Source: Longimicrobiales bacterium (lineage in GTDB: Bacteria > Gemmatimonadota > Gemmatimonadetes > Longimicrobiales > Gaopeijiaceae). Taken from it: a DNA stretch of 64,000 nucleotides. Of this stretch, positions 39,150 to 48,694 are shown piece after piece. The notes under the pieces were generated by a model, which worked only from the letters and a program-made list of their open reading frames with translations, was not told the origin of the DNA and searched no databases. Positions within the stretch are counted from its first letter, which is position 1, and each line of letters opens with the position of its first letter. Made by a program: the position numbers and the translations under genes. The stretch lies in NCBI GenBank assembly GCA_965116905.1, contig OZ220732.1, forward strand, positions 1,728,001 through 1,792,000. The letters are read 5' to 3'.

Positions 39150-40189
39150 CACCCGCCTGGATGCCACCGTCGTCGGGCCTGATCCACGGATGCTGGCAGC
39201 TCGCACGCGGCCACGGGGAAGGCTGGGATCGCAGGACCGCCTTCGCCGCCCTCGACCGCGCGGCCGAGGGGCCCGGTCCGCTCGTCCTCGATTGCGCCGA
39301 CATCTACACGGGCGTCGAGCGGCTGTTGGGGGACTGGATGGCGGCGCGGCCCGCGCACGCCCGCAGGACCGTGGTGCACACCAAGCTCGTGCCGGACCTG
39401 GAAGTCCTTTCCCTGCTCGACCGGGCCCATGTCCGGCGTATCGCGGAACGTTCCCGGGAGCGCCTCCGCGTTGGGACGCTCGACCTCGTCCAGCTCCACT
39501 GGTGGGATCTCGGCGTTCCGGGGTGGGTCCGCGCTGCCGAGTGGCTCGCCGAATTGCAGGACGAGGGCGTCGTGCGGCACGTCGGCGTCACCAACTTCGG
39601 CAGCCGGGCGCTGTGCGCGGTGCTGGACGCGGGCATCCCGGTGGTGGCCAACCAGGTCCAGTTGTCGCTGCTGGACCGGCGGCCCCTGAAGCGGCTCGCG
39701 CGGGTCTGCCGCGAGCGCGGCGTGTCCCTCCTCTGTTACGGGACGCTCGCGGGCGGCCTCCTCGGCGACGGGCCGGGCTGCCGAGGTCCGCATGCCCGGG
39801 ACGGCTCCGGCGCGCCGGAGCCCGCCGACAACCGTTCGTTGCGCAAATACCGGCTGATCGTGGACGAGGTGGGCGGCCAGCGGGCGCTGGCACGCGCCCG
39901 TGCGGAGCTGTCCGCGGTCGCGGCGCGTGCGGGCGTGTCCATGGCCGAAGCGGCAGCCGCCTATGTGCTCGGCCAGCCGGCCGTCGGCGCGGTCATCGTC
40001 GGTCTCAGCCGCCGCGGTCCGGAGTTGGACGTTGCCGGCGTGCGACTCGGTCCCGCCGATTTCGCCCGGCTCGAGGCGGCTGTTCCGAACACGGTCGCGG
40101 GCGGGGTGTACGAAGTCGAGCGCGACCGGACCGGGCCGCACGGACGGATCATGAAGTACGACCTCAACCGGGGTGTGCGGGGTGCCTGA
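39146..40189 (+). CDS. Aldo/keto reductase
   Basis: GCWQLA, DCADIY, HTK, LDLVQLHWWD, GVTNF, NQVQLSLLDRRP, YGTLAGG. Confidence 0.9.
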   Translation: MTPAWMPPSSGLIHGCWQLARGHGEGWDRRTAFAALDRAAEGPGPLVLDCADIYTGVERLLGDWMAARPAHARRTVVHTKLVPDLEVLSLLDRAHVRRIAERSRERLRVGTLDLVQLHWWDLGVPGWVRAAEWLAELQDEGVVRHVGVTNFGSRALCAVLDAGIPVVANQVQLSLLDRRPLKRLARVCRERGVSLLCYGTLAGGLLGDGPGCRGPHARDGSGAPEPADNRSLRKYRLIVDEVGGQRALARARAELSAVAARAGVSMAEAAAAYVLGQPAVGAVIVGLSRRGPELDVAGVRLGPADFARLEAAVPNTVAGGVYEVERDRTGPHGRIMKYDLNRGVRGA

Positions 40190-41093
40190 ACTGCCTGAGG
40201 TCAACCTCTACCTTCACGCCTTGCGTCCCAGGGTCGTGGGCGAGGCGATCGAGCGCTTGCGAATACGTTCGCCCTCACTCCTCAAGACCTGGGATCCGCC
40301 GGCCAGCGAGGTGCATGGCAAGGTCGTGCGCACACTGTCCAGGCTCGGGAAGCGGGTGGTTTTCGGCCTGGACGACGATCTCTTCGCCATTGTCCACCTG
40401 ATGGTCTCGGGACGCTTTCAGTGGCGGGATGCGGGGGCGGCGATCCCGCGCAAACGGGGTCACGCGGCGTTCGATTTCGGCCACGGCAGCCTGCTTCTGA
40501 CCGAGGCGAGTTCGCACAAGCGCGCGTCTCTTCACCTGGTACGGGGGACCGACGCGCTGCTGGATCACGATCCCGGCGGTGTCGAGCCGCTGGAGGCCGG
40601 GCCCGATGAATTTGCGGCCGCGGTCCGGCGTGAGAACCGCACGCTGAAGCGGGCGCTCACCGATGCGCGCATCCTCTCGGGGATCGGCCACGCGCACTCG
40701 GACGAGATCCTGCTGCGGGCGCGTCTTTCTCCGGTGCAATTGACGTCGCGGCTCACCGACGAAGAGGTGGAGCGGCTTCGTGTGGCGACCCGCACCTCGC
40801 TCACGGAGTGGTCGGAGCGGCTGATCGAGGAGGCGGGAGAGGACTTTCCGACCAGGGTGACCGCGTTTCATCCGGCGATGGCCGCGCACGGCAAGTACGG
40901 CGAACCGTGCGACCAGTGCGGGACCCCGATTCAGAGGATCGTCTACGCGACCCGCGAGACGAACTACTGCCCGACGTGCCAGACCGGGGGGAAACTGCTG
41001 GCGGATCGTGCCCTGTCGCGGCTGTTGCGACGGGACTGGCCGCGGAGGCTGGAGGACCTGGAGTTGCGCAGACGACCGCCGGGAGGGGGCTGA
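40182..41093 (+). CDS. Fpg/Nei-family DNA glycosylase/AP lyase
   Basis: N-terminal PELPEV (GTG start), RLGK, HLMVSGR, H2TH LSGIGHAHSDEIL, zinc finger CDQC...CPTCQ. Confidence 0.9.
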   Translation: MPELPEVNLYLHALRPRVVGEAIERLRIRSPSLLKTWDPPASEVHGKVVRTLSRLGKRVVFGLDDDLFAIVHLMVSGRFQWRDAGAAIPRKRGHAAFDFGHGSLLLTEASSHKRASLHLVRGTDALLDHDPGGVEPLEAGPDEFAAAVRRENRTLKRALTDARILSGIGHAHSDEILLRARLSPVQLTSRLTDEEVERLRVATRTSLTEWSERLIEEAGEDFPTRVTAFHPAMAAHGKYGEPCDQCGTPIQRIVYATRETNYCPTCQTGGKLLADRALSRLLRRDWPRRLEDLELRRRPPGGG

Positions 41094-41100
41094 AGCGTTC

Positions 41101-41748
41101 CTAAGGCGTGGCCGCGGCCTTGTGAATGACCACGGGCGGGCGGGCAGGCTTGCAGATCCTCGTGCCGCCGCTGCCCAGCGGGACCCCGAGGCGCCTCCAC
41201 CAGCTCTCCTGGTTGTCGCCCTCCTCTTCGTCGTGATCGTGGCCGGCGTGGGCATCGACCGCGTCGATGGCGTCGAGGGCGCCCGGCACGCCGCGCTGTG
41301 CGACGAACTGCGGGCGCATGGTCAGCGCGACGCTCGACTCGAGTTCGAGCGCGGCGATGAGGTCCGCGGCAGAGGGCGCGGTCGCCGGAGGGGGCGACCC
41401 GGTTGCGATGCGGGCCGGTGCGCCCTGGGCGGGTCCCGCGGGGGTCGGATCGCCGGAGGGGGCATCCGCCACCTGGTCGGGCGCCGGATCGGCCACGACG
41501 GGCTGGTCGTCGGCAATCATCGGCTCGTCGGGCACCGGCTCGATCTCCTCGATGTTCACCATTTCCATTGAAATGAACTCAACGGGAGCGTCGGCCCTCG
41601 AGCTCTCGGGGGCCCCGGCCGTGGCCTCGGGCTCGGGCACCACGAAGTCGAGGCCCGCGAGCAGCACCGCGTGGAGGGCGAGCGAGACCACGAGGCCCAC
41701 GCCGACGATTCGCTTGTGCTGGCGGTCCCTTGCTCGACGTGTGGTCAC
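41101..41748 (-). CDS. Membrane-anchored Pro/Ala-rich hypothetical protein (TonB-like anchor)
   Basis: GLVVSLALHAVLL TM anchor (S-x3-H), Pro/Glu-rich linker; GTG start with purine-rich SD. Confidence 0.6.
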   Translation of the reverse strand: MTTRRARDRQHKRIVGVGLVVSLALHAVLLAGLDFVVPEPEATAGAPESSRADAPVEFISMEMVNIEEIEPVPDEPMIADDQPVVADPAPDQVADAPSGDPTPAGPAQGAPARIATGSPPPATAPSAADLIAALELESSVALTMRPQFVAQRGVPGALDAIDAVDAHAGHDHDEEEGDNQESWWRRLGVPLGSGGTRICKPARPPVVIHKAAATP

Positions 41749-41881
41749 GGCTGCTCTCCCTTCCGTCTCTGGCGTGCGTTTCCGGCATGCGTACGGGGAA
41801 TGTACAGACGTGTATACATCTGGCGCCACTGGAAGTTCCCATGGCGGGCGGCCAAGGGCCGGATCAGAGGTGGAAGTTCCG

Positions 41882-42661
41882 TCAGAGGTCGAAGTCCGCC
41901 ACCACCGGCGCGTGGTCCGACGGGATGTCGGTCTTCTTGCCTTTCCGCTGGTTCCGGTCCACCCATGCGCCGGTCGACGCCTCCGCCACCGGCAGCGTGG
42001 CGAAGATGTGATCGATCCGCAGGCCGTCGTTGCGGGGGAAGGCGAGGCGCCGGTAGTCCCACCAGCTGTAGAGGCCGCCCTGGGGGTGGTGCTTCCGGAC
42101 CACGTCGATCAGTCCCCAGTCCCGGATGCGCTCGAGCGCCTCGCGTGCTTCGGCGTGGCACAGGACGCTCGCCGCCCACCGCTCCGGATTCTCGGCGTCC
42201 TGGTCGTCGGGGGCGACGTTGAAGTCGCCGGTCAGCACGACCGCGTCGGCCGGGTCGTGGTGGCGCTCCAGGAGGCCCAGGAGCCGTCCCATCCATGCCA
42301 GCTTGTAGGCGTACGACTCGGAGCCGACCGTGCGTCCGTTGGGGAAGTACGCCGAATACACCGTGACCCCCTGGACGCGGCCGCCGATCAGGCGCGCCTG
42401 GGGGTCGTCCGCGTCGCCATCCATCCCCCGGCGTATCTCCGTGATCGGGTGGGGGCTCAGGAGGGCGACGCCGTTGTAGGCCCGCTGGCCGAGCACCGCC
42501 GACTCGTAGCCCTCGTCCTGCACCGCCTCCGCGGGGTAGGCCTCGTCGGTGGTCTTGAGTTCCTGGAGGCAGAGCGCGTCCGGGCGGTGGTCGCGCAGCC
42601 ACTGGATAAGCCGCGCCCGCCGGGCCTTGACCGAGTTCACGTTCCAGGTGGCGATTCGCAT
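41882..42661 (-). CDS. xth: Exodeoxyribonuclease III
   Basis: MRIATWNVNS, LCLQELK, YNGVA, YFPNG, GDFNVAP, YSWWDYR, GLRIDH, SDHAPV. Confidence 0.95.
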   Translation of the reverse strand: MRIATWNVNSVKARRARLIQWLRDHRPDALCLQELKTTDEAYPAEAVQDEGYESAVLGQRAYNGVALLSPHPITEIRRGMDGDADDPQARLIGGRVQGVTVYSAYFPNGRTVGSESYAYKLAWMGRLLGLLERHHDPADAVVLTGDFNVAPDDQDAENPERWAASVLCHAEAREALERIRDWGLIDVVRKHHPQGGLYSWWDYRRLAFPRNDGLRIDHIFATLPVAEASTGAWVDRNQRKGKKTDIPSDHAPVVADFDL

Positions 42662-42668
42662 GGCTGGA

Positions 42669-42709
42669 AATGTAAACCCGGATTTACATTGTGTAATCTC
42701 GAGCTTACG
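42669..42709. promoter_or_regulatory. Tandem palindromic operator pair TGTAA-N8-TTAC(A/G) in a divergent promoter region
   Basis: TGTAAACCCGGATTTACA at 42671 and TGTAATCTCGAGCTTACG at 42692. Confidence 0.6.
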
Positions 42710-42746
42710 AGATCCTCGCCCACGACCAGAAATCCCGGGAGAACGC

Positions 42747-44345
42747 ATGCGATCCGCACTCGCCCTCATTCCCGCCCTGATCCTCGCCGCCGCGCCGGGG
42801 CCGCCCGCCTCGGCCCAGACCTATGACGTGCTGATCACCGGAGGCACCGTCGTGGACGGCACCGGGGCCGACCGATTCCGCGCCGATGTCGCCGTGGTCG
42901 ACGGCCGCATCGCGCTGGTGTCCCCGGAGCCCATTGACCCGTCCCTTGCGGCCACCGTAATCGATGCCACCGGCCAGGTCGTGACTCCCGGCTTCATCGA
43001 CAACCACTCCCATGTCCAGCAGACGATCGCGGAGTATCCGCTCGCCGAGAACTTCCTGCGGCAGGGGATCACGTCGCTGATCGTGTCGCTGCACTCCGGC
43101 GACCAGCCGTGGCCGCTGGAAGAGTTCGCCTCGGGGCTGACGATGGCGCCCAACGTGGGGTTCTTCGCGGGCCACACCTGGACGCGCAAGCAGGTGATGG
43201 GCATGGAGAACCGCGCGCCCACGCCGGCCGAGCTCGACGAGATGCGGGCGCTCGTCGACCAGTCGATGCGCGAGGGGGCGCTCGGCTTTTCGACGGGACT
43301 CCTGTACGTGCCCGCCAACTTTGCCGAGACCGAGGAGGTCATCGAGCTGGCCAAGGTCGCGTCGGCGCACGGCGGCATCTACGTGAGCCACATGCGCAAC
43401 GAGGCGAGCGGGCTGCTGGAGTCGGTGGCCGAAGTGATCCGGATCGCGGAGGAGGCTGACATCCCGGCCCAGATCAATCACCACAAGGCCTCCGGGGCGG
43501 GGCAGTGGGGCTGGAGCGAGAGGAGTCTGGCGATGATCGACTCGGCCAACGCGGCCGGGCTGACCGTCACGCACGACCTGTATCCGTACGCGGCCTCGAG
43601 TACGAGTTCGGCCATCCTGTTTCCGCAGTGGGCGCTGGCCGGCGGAGCCGAGGACTTCGCGGCCCGGGTTGCCGATCGCGAAACGCGGGCGCGCATGGAG
43701 GAGGATATGCGGCGCATCATCATGACCGACCGGGTCGGTGCCGACATGTCGCGGATCCAGTTCCGGGTGCTGGGCTCGGACGAGTCCTACAACGGCAGGA
43801 CGCTCGCCGACTACGCCGCCGACCGGGGCCTCCCGAACGACCTGGAGACGGGCATCCAGCTCGCGATCGAGCTGCAGCTCCAGGGCGGCTTCAGCGCCAT
43901 TTACCACGCCATGGACGAGGGGGACGTGATCCGGATCATGCAGCATCCGCTGGCGATGATCGAGACGGACGGGGACGCGGTGGGCTACGGGATCGGCTAC
44001 CCGCACCCGCGCAGCTATGGCGCGTTCCCGCGGGTGCTTGCCAGGTATGTGCGCGAACTGGGTGTGATCACGCTGGAGGAGGCCGTGATGAAGATGACCT
44101 CGATGCCGGCCCGGTGGCTGGGCCGCGAGGACATGGGGGTGATCGCCGAGGGCATGCGCGCGGACGTCGCGGTCTTCGATCCCGACGTGATCGCGGACCG
44201 CGCGACGTTTTCGGACCCGCACCAGTACAGCGTGGGGATCAACGACCTGCTGGTGAACGGGGTCCCGGTGATCCGCAGCGGCGGCCTGACCGGCGAGAAG
44301 CCGGGGCGGTGGCTGCGCGGGCCGGTGCGGAGGCCGGTGAGTTAG
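42747..44345 (+). CDS. N-acyl-D-amino-acid deacylase (D-aminoacylase) family, exported
   Basis: GGTVVDGTG, PGFIDNHSH, GFSTGLLYVP, YVSHMRNE, NHHK, HPRSYGAFPRVL, ADVAVFDP. Confidence 0.9.
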   Translation: MRSALALIPALILAAAPGPPASAQTYDVLITGGTVVDGTGADRFRADVAVVDGRIALVSPEPIDPSLAATVIDATGQVVTPGFIDNHSHVQQTIAEYPLAENFLRQGITSLIVSLHSGDQPWPLEEFASGLTMAPNVGFFAGHTWTRKQVMGMENRAPTPAELDEMRALVDQSMREGALGFSTGLLYVPANFAETEEVIELAKVASAHGGIYVSHMRNEASGLLESVAEVIRIAEEADIPAQINHHKASGAGQWGWSERSLAMIDSANAAGLTVTHDLYPYAASSTSSAILFPQWALAGGAEDFAARVADRETRARMEEDMRRIIMTDRVGADMSRIQFRVLGSDESYNGRTLADYAADRGLPNDLETGIQLAIELQLQGGFSAIYHAMDEGDVIRIMQHPLAMIETDGDAVGYGIGYPHPRSYGAFPRVLARYVRELGVITLEEAVMKMTSMPARWLGREDMGVIAEGMRADVAVFDPDVIADRATFSDPHQYSVGINDLLVNGVPVIRSGGLTGEKPGRWLRGPVRRPVS

Positions 44346-44380
44346 GAGGTCCGTGGACAAGGCGTAGCGGGTAATTGTCA

Positions 44381-44419
44381 GAAATTTCGGATACGCATTC
44401 CGAATTTTCACGTTATCTT
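44381..44419 (+). promoter_or_regulatory. Inverted repeat plus -10-like box in front of a probably leaderless AAA gene
   Basis: GAAATTTCGGA-N7-TCCGAATTTTC (1 mismatch); TATCTT 5 nt before ATG 44425; no SD. Confidence 0.55.
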
Positions 44420-44424
44420 ACGGT

Positions 44425-45618
44425 ATGCTTGCACGCCTCGACTATCTGCGGCGGCTGGAAATCTCGACAGCGCGCGCTCCCGTCACCGCGCTGCTCGGGC
44501 CGCGACAATGCGGGAAAACCACGCTGGCACGACAGTTCGCCGCTGGGCGCAACGCCACCCGCTTCGACCTGGAGTCGGAGCCGGACATCCGCCGGCTGGC
44601 CAATCCCGAACTCGTTCTGGGATCCCTGGATGGACTGGTCGTGCTGGACGAAATCCAGCGGATGCCGAAGCTCTTTTCGGCTCTTCGGGTCTTGGTGGAC
44701 CGGCCGGATTCGCGCACGCGCTTTCTGATTCTGGGCAGTGCCGCGCCGGACCTGGTGCGCGGCGTCTCGGAATCGCTGGCCGGGCGGGTCGAACTCATCG
44801 AAATGAGTGGCTTCGGCCTGGAGGAGACCGGAGTGTCCCAGTGGCGCGACCTCTGGTTGCGCGGAGGCTTTCCCCGCTCCTATCTGGCGGCGTCGGACGA
44901 TGACAGCCGTGCCTGGCGGGATTCGTTCGTAAGCACGTTCCTGGAACGGGACGTGCCCCAGCTCGGGATTTCCATTCCGTCCGCGGCGTTGCGGCGCTTC
45001 TGGACCATGCTGGCGCATTCGCACGGCCAGACATGGAACGCGTCCAACCTGGGCCGCGCGCTGTCGCTGTCCGACAAGACGGTTCGCCGTTATCTGGATC
45101 TGCTCACCGGCACCTTCATGGTCCGGCAACTGCAGCCGTGGTTTCACAACATCGCCAAACGCCAGGTCAAGGCACCGAAGGTCTACCTGCGCGACACGGG
45201 TTTGCTTCACACCCTTCTGGGTATCCCCCACGATGCGGGGCTGCTCTCGCATCCGCGTGTGGGAGCTTCCTGGGAGGGGTTCGTGATCGAGCAGCTGCTG
45301 CGCGTCCTGCGTCCGGCCGATGCCTGGTTCTGGGCCGCGCACGGGGGCGGAGAGCTGGATTTGCTGGCCACCATCGATGGCCGGTGGACGGGATTCGAGA
45401 TCAAGTTCAGCGAGTCCCCGTCCGTTTCGCGCAGGACCAGGGCCACGGCCGATGCGCTGGAGGTCGATCACCTGTTCGTGGTCTGCCCCGCGCCGCGAGC
45501 CTATCCGGTCAGCGACCGTATCACGGTAGTCCCGCTGTGGGAGATCGACACGCTTCGCGAGCGGATCGGGGGACGCCAGATCGGGGGACGCCAGCCAGCG
45601 CCGACGGACCAGGCTTAG
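44425..45618 (+). CDS. AAA+ ATPase with DUF4143 and C-terminal PD-(D/E)xK-like domain
   Basis: GPRQCGKTT, LDEIQR, ILGSA, SESLAGR, RGGFP, KAPKVYLRDTGL, ELDLL...FEIK. Confidence 0.9.
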   Translation: MLARLDYLRRLEISTARAPVTALLGPRQCGKTTLARQFAAGRNATRFDLESEPDIRRLANPELVLGSLDGLVVLDEIQRMPKLFSALRVLVDRPDSRTRFLILGSAAPDLVRGVSESLAGRVELIEMSGFGLEETGVSQWRDLWLRGGFPRSYLAASDDDSRAWRDSFVSTFLERDVPQLGISIPSAALRRFWTMLAHSHGQTWNASNLGRALSLSDKTVRRYLDLLTGTFMVRQLQPWFHNIAKRQVKAPKVYLRDTGLLHTLLGIPHDAGLLSHPRVGASWEGFVIEQLLRVLRPADAWFWAAHGGGELDLLATIDGRWTGFEIKFSESPSVSRRTRATADALEVDHLFVVCPAPRAYPVSDRITVVPLWEIDTLRERIGGRQIGGRQPAPTDQA

Positions 45619-45635
45619 CCAGGTGGTTAGTCAAC

Positions 45636-47699
45636 CTACCCGTCCGCCGTCGGCCGCGGCTCCCGCAGGTACTTGTTGAACCAGACCAGGATCCGCTCCG
45701 ACACGTCCATCAGGAACTTGGGCTCGGTGGGGCCGTGCGGAGTGCGGGGATAGACGACGAACTCGGTGTCGACCCCGAGGCGGACCAGCGACGTGTAGAA
45801 CTCCTGTCCCTGCGTGAACGGCACGCGCAGGTCGAGGGCGCCGTGAATGACCTGGGTGGGAGTGGTCACGTTCTTGATGTGGTAGATCGCCGAGTGCTTC
45901 TCGTAGGTCTCGTAGTCGTTGAAGTACTCATCGCCCAGGTGGCCCACGAGGTAGTCGCCGATGTCGGTGGTCGTGACCATGCTCACCAGGTTGGGCAGGC
46001 CGGCGCCCATGGAGGCTGCGCGGAAGCGGTCGGTCTGCGTGACGGCGAACGACGTCATGTAGCCGCCGTAGCTCCAGCCCATCAGCAGCAGGCTGTCCGG
46101 GTGGGCCACGCCCATCTCGATCACTTCGTCCACGCCCGCCAGCAGGTCGGAGAGGTCGCCATATCCCCAATCCATGAAGTTCGCGTAGCGGAATTCCTTG
46201 CCGTAACCGGTGCTCCCGCGCGGGTTCGGACGCAGCACCGCCATCCCCTCCTGGGCGAAGTACTGGATCATGTAGATGCTGGGATTCCCCGTGAAGGACT
46301 GGGCGAACACGCCCGCGGGACCCCCGTGCACGTTGAGGATCAGCGGGACCTGGCTCCCCTCCTCGTATCCGACCGGATAGGTCAGCAGGCCCTCGACCGG
46401 AGTGCCGTCGGGCGCCTCCCAGGCCAGCAGTTCGGTGCGGCCCATCGGCGGACGCGGCACGTCGGCGGTGACGCTGCTCAGCTGCATGGGACGGAAGGCG
46501 TCCAGTCCCGTGACATGGACTTCGCGAGGCTCGTCGTTCGTCTCCCAGGTCACGGCCAGCCTTCCGGGGCCCGCCGCCAACGCCGTGCTGCCCACCACGC
46601 CCGCGCCTTCGGTGATCTGGCGGATCTCGCCGCCGCCGACCGGAACCGCGATCACGTGCCGGGTGGTGCCCAGCGACTCGTTCAGGAAGACCTCGTCCGA
46701 GTCGTCCGACCACCCGAGGATGAAGACGCTGCGGTTCGGGGTCTCCGGCAGGCGCCGCACGTTGCCGTCTTCGGGATCCACGACGTACAGGTCGCTGAGC
46801 CCGACGGGTTCGGGCTGATCCCCCGTCGAGGCGTAGGCGATCAGGGAACCGTCGGGCGACCAGCGGGGGGACGATTCGACGCCGGGGCCGGTGACGAGCT
46901 GGCTCACGTCGCCGCCATCGGCGGACACCAGCGCGATGTCGCCGGAAAGGCGGCCCGTGTTGATGCGGGGGTCGGCCTGGTGCGCAAAGACGAGCTGCGA
47001 CCCGTCCGGGGACCAGTCGAAGCCCGTAACGTGGAAGTCACCCTCGGTGACGCGCGCGGCCTCGGCGGCCTCGGTCGCCATGGGGTCGAAGGGGACGGTG
47101 TAGAGGTGGCCGTACTTGAAGTTCTGGTCCACCATCTCGACGTCGCGCTTCTCCTTCGCCGCCTTCTCCTCTTCCTCGGTCTGGGGGTCGCGCATGACGA
47201 AGGCAAAGGCGTCGCCCGCCGGGGACCAGCGGAACTGCCCCACTCCCGGCTTGGCGTCGGTGACCTGACGCGCCTCGCCCCCTGCCATGGCGATCACCCA
47301 GATCTGGCTCCTGCCCGAGCGGCCCGTGGAGAAGGCGAGCCACGCGCCGTCCGGCGAGAAGGCGGGGCTGCCCGCGGAGTGCTCGCCGCGCGTGAACTGG
47401 ACGTTGCGGCTGCCGTCGGCGTCGGCCACCCAGATGTGGCTCAGGTACTCGGACTTCTCGCCCTCCATGAGCGGCTCGCGAACCGTGTAGGCGACCTTCG
47501 TGCCGTCGTGCGATATCGCCAGTCCGCCGACCTGGTGGAACCGCATGCTGAGCGCGGGCGTCCAGCGGTCGTCGGCGGGGGTGGCGTCGGCGTCGGAGGT
47601 GGCGGCCGCGTCCTGGGCGACGGTGCGGGTGGGCGAGAGAATGCTGCAAAGTGCGGCGGCGGTCAGAAGAATCGGGGCGGATGCGCGAACGGTCTGCAT
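45636..47699 (-). CDS. S9-family (prolyl oligopeptidase/acylaminoacyl) peptidase, exported
   Basis: WSPDG propeller repeats, VHGGP, NPRGSTGYG, GWSYGG, HGALDLRVP, YPRTPHG. Confidence 0.93.
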   Translation of the reverse strand: MQTVRASAPILLTAAALCSILSPTRTVAQDAAATSDADATPADDRWTPALSMRFHQVGGLAISHDGTKVAYTVREPLMEGEKSEYLSHIWVADADGSRNVQFTRGEHSAGSPAFSPDGAWLAFSTGRSGRSQIWVIAMAGGEARQVTDAKPGVGQFRWSPAGDAFAFVMRDPQTEEEEKAAKEKRDVEMVDQNFKYGHLYTVPFDPMATEAAEAARVTEGDFHVTGFDWSPDGSQLVFAHQADPRINTGRLSGDIALVSADGGDVSQLVTGPGVESSPRWSPDGSLIAYASTGDQPEPVGLSDLYVVDPEDGNVRRLPETPNRSVFILGWSDDSDEVFLNESLGTTRHVIAVPVGGGEIRQITEGAGVVGSTALAAGPGRLAVTWETNDEPREVHVTGLDAFRPMQLSSVTADVPRPPMGRTELLAWEAPDGTPVEGLLTYPVGYEEGSQVPLILNVHGGPAGVFAQSFTGNPSIYMIQYFAQEGMAVLRPNPRGSTGYGKEFRYANFMDWGYGDLSDLLAGVDEVIEMGVAHPDSLLLMGWSYGGYMTSFAVTQTDRFRAASMGAGLPNLVSMVTTTDIGDYLVGHLGDEYFNDYETYEKHSAIYHIKNVTTPTQVIHGALDLRVPFTQGQEFYTSLVRLGVDTEFVVYPRTPHGPTEPKFLMDVSERILVWFNKYLREPRPTADG

Positions 47700-47808
47700 G
47701 ACAATGTCCTCGGGCTGGGTCCTCGGGCTGGCTGAGCTATGCGAAGGGAGGGGCATAATGGGGCGCCAGCCGTTTGCCAACAAGCGGCCGTGGTCCCATC
47801 CTCCCCTC

Positions 47809-48639
47809 ATGACCGGTTCGCAAATGCTTTCGGGGGTGCGCATTGGCCTTCCCCCACGGGGCGAGGACGGCAACTTCCCGTTCGCGATTCCGGCGCTTCA
47901 GGGGTTGTCCGAGGTGGCCTTTCCGGGTCCCGTGACCGTTCTGGCGGGGGAGAACGGGTCCGGCAAGTCCACCCTGCTGGAAGCGCTCGCGATCGTCGGG
48001 AAACTGCCGACCGTGGGCGGTGCGGAGGCGACGGTGGACGAGTCGCTCGCGGGCTCGCGGAAGCTCGCGCGGGTGATGACCCCGATATGGAGGCAGAGAT
48101 CGCACCGCGGGTTCTTCCTGAGGGCGGAGGACTTCTTCGGTTTCGTACGGCGACTGGGGGCGATGAAGAGCGAAATGGAGGAGCGGCTGGCGGAGGTCGA
48201 CCGCGACTACGCGGACCGCTCGGACCTCGCCCGCAAGCTGGCGCGCGGTCCCGCGGCGGGCTCGCTGGCCGCCATGCGGTCGCGGTACGGGGACGATCTG
48301 GACGCCAACTCGCACGGCGAGAGCTTCCTGCGCCTGTTCCGCTCGCGGTTCGTTCCCGGCGGGCTCTACCTGCTCGACGAACCCGAGGCGGCGCTCTCGC
48401 CGCAGAGCCAGCTGGGCTTCGTGTCCATGATGAGCGACATGGTGGGCGAGGGCGGCCAGTTCGTCATCGCCACGCACTCACCGGTTCTGATGGCCGTGCC
48501 GGGTGCGACGCTGTACACCTTCGACGCCTCGCCGCTCGAGCGGGTGGAGTACGAGGCGCTGGAAGGGGTGACGCTGCTCCGGAGCTTCCTGCAGGCGCCC
48601 GAGCGCTACATGCGGCACATCTGGCGACCGCCGGCGTAG
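47809..48639 (+). CDS. Predicted ABC/AAA-type ATPase (soluble)
   Basis: GENGSGKSTLLEA, GFFLRAEDFF, SHGESFL, LLDEPEAALSP, IATHSP; alternative start 47824. Confidence 0.85.
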   Translation: MTGSQMLSGVRIGLPPRGEDGNFPFAIPALQGLSEVAFPGPVTVLAGENGSGKSTLLEALAIVGKLPTVGGAEATVDESLAGSRKLARVMTPIWRQRSHRGFFLRAEDFFGFVRRLGAMKSEMEERLAEVDRDYADRSDLARKLARGPAAGSLAAMRSRYGDDLDANSHGESFLRLFRSRFVPGGLYLLDEPEAALSPQSQLGFVSMMSDMVGEGGQFVIATHSPVLMAVPGATLYTFDASPLERVEYEALEGVTLLRSFLQAPERYMRHIWRPPA

Positions 48640-48694
48640 CAGTCCGTGGATAAAGCCGCCCGAGCACCGAGAGCGGCAAGGTGCCCGGCCGAAG

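Noticed and set aside
45033..47735. 900-aa plus-strand ORF and other long shadow ORFs (13419..15821, 32563..35046, 36243..38651, 5376..7304, 56732..58702)
   Set aside because: They lie antisense to well-supported genes and have no recognisable motifs; long open antisense frames are expected in high-GC coding DNA.
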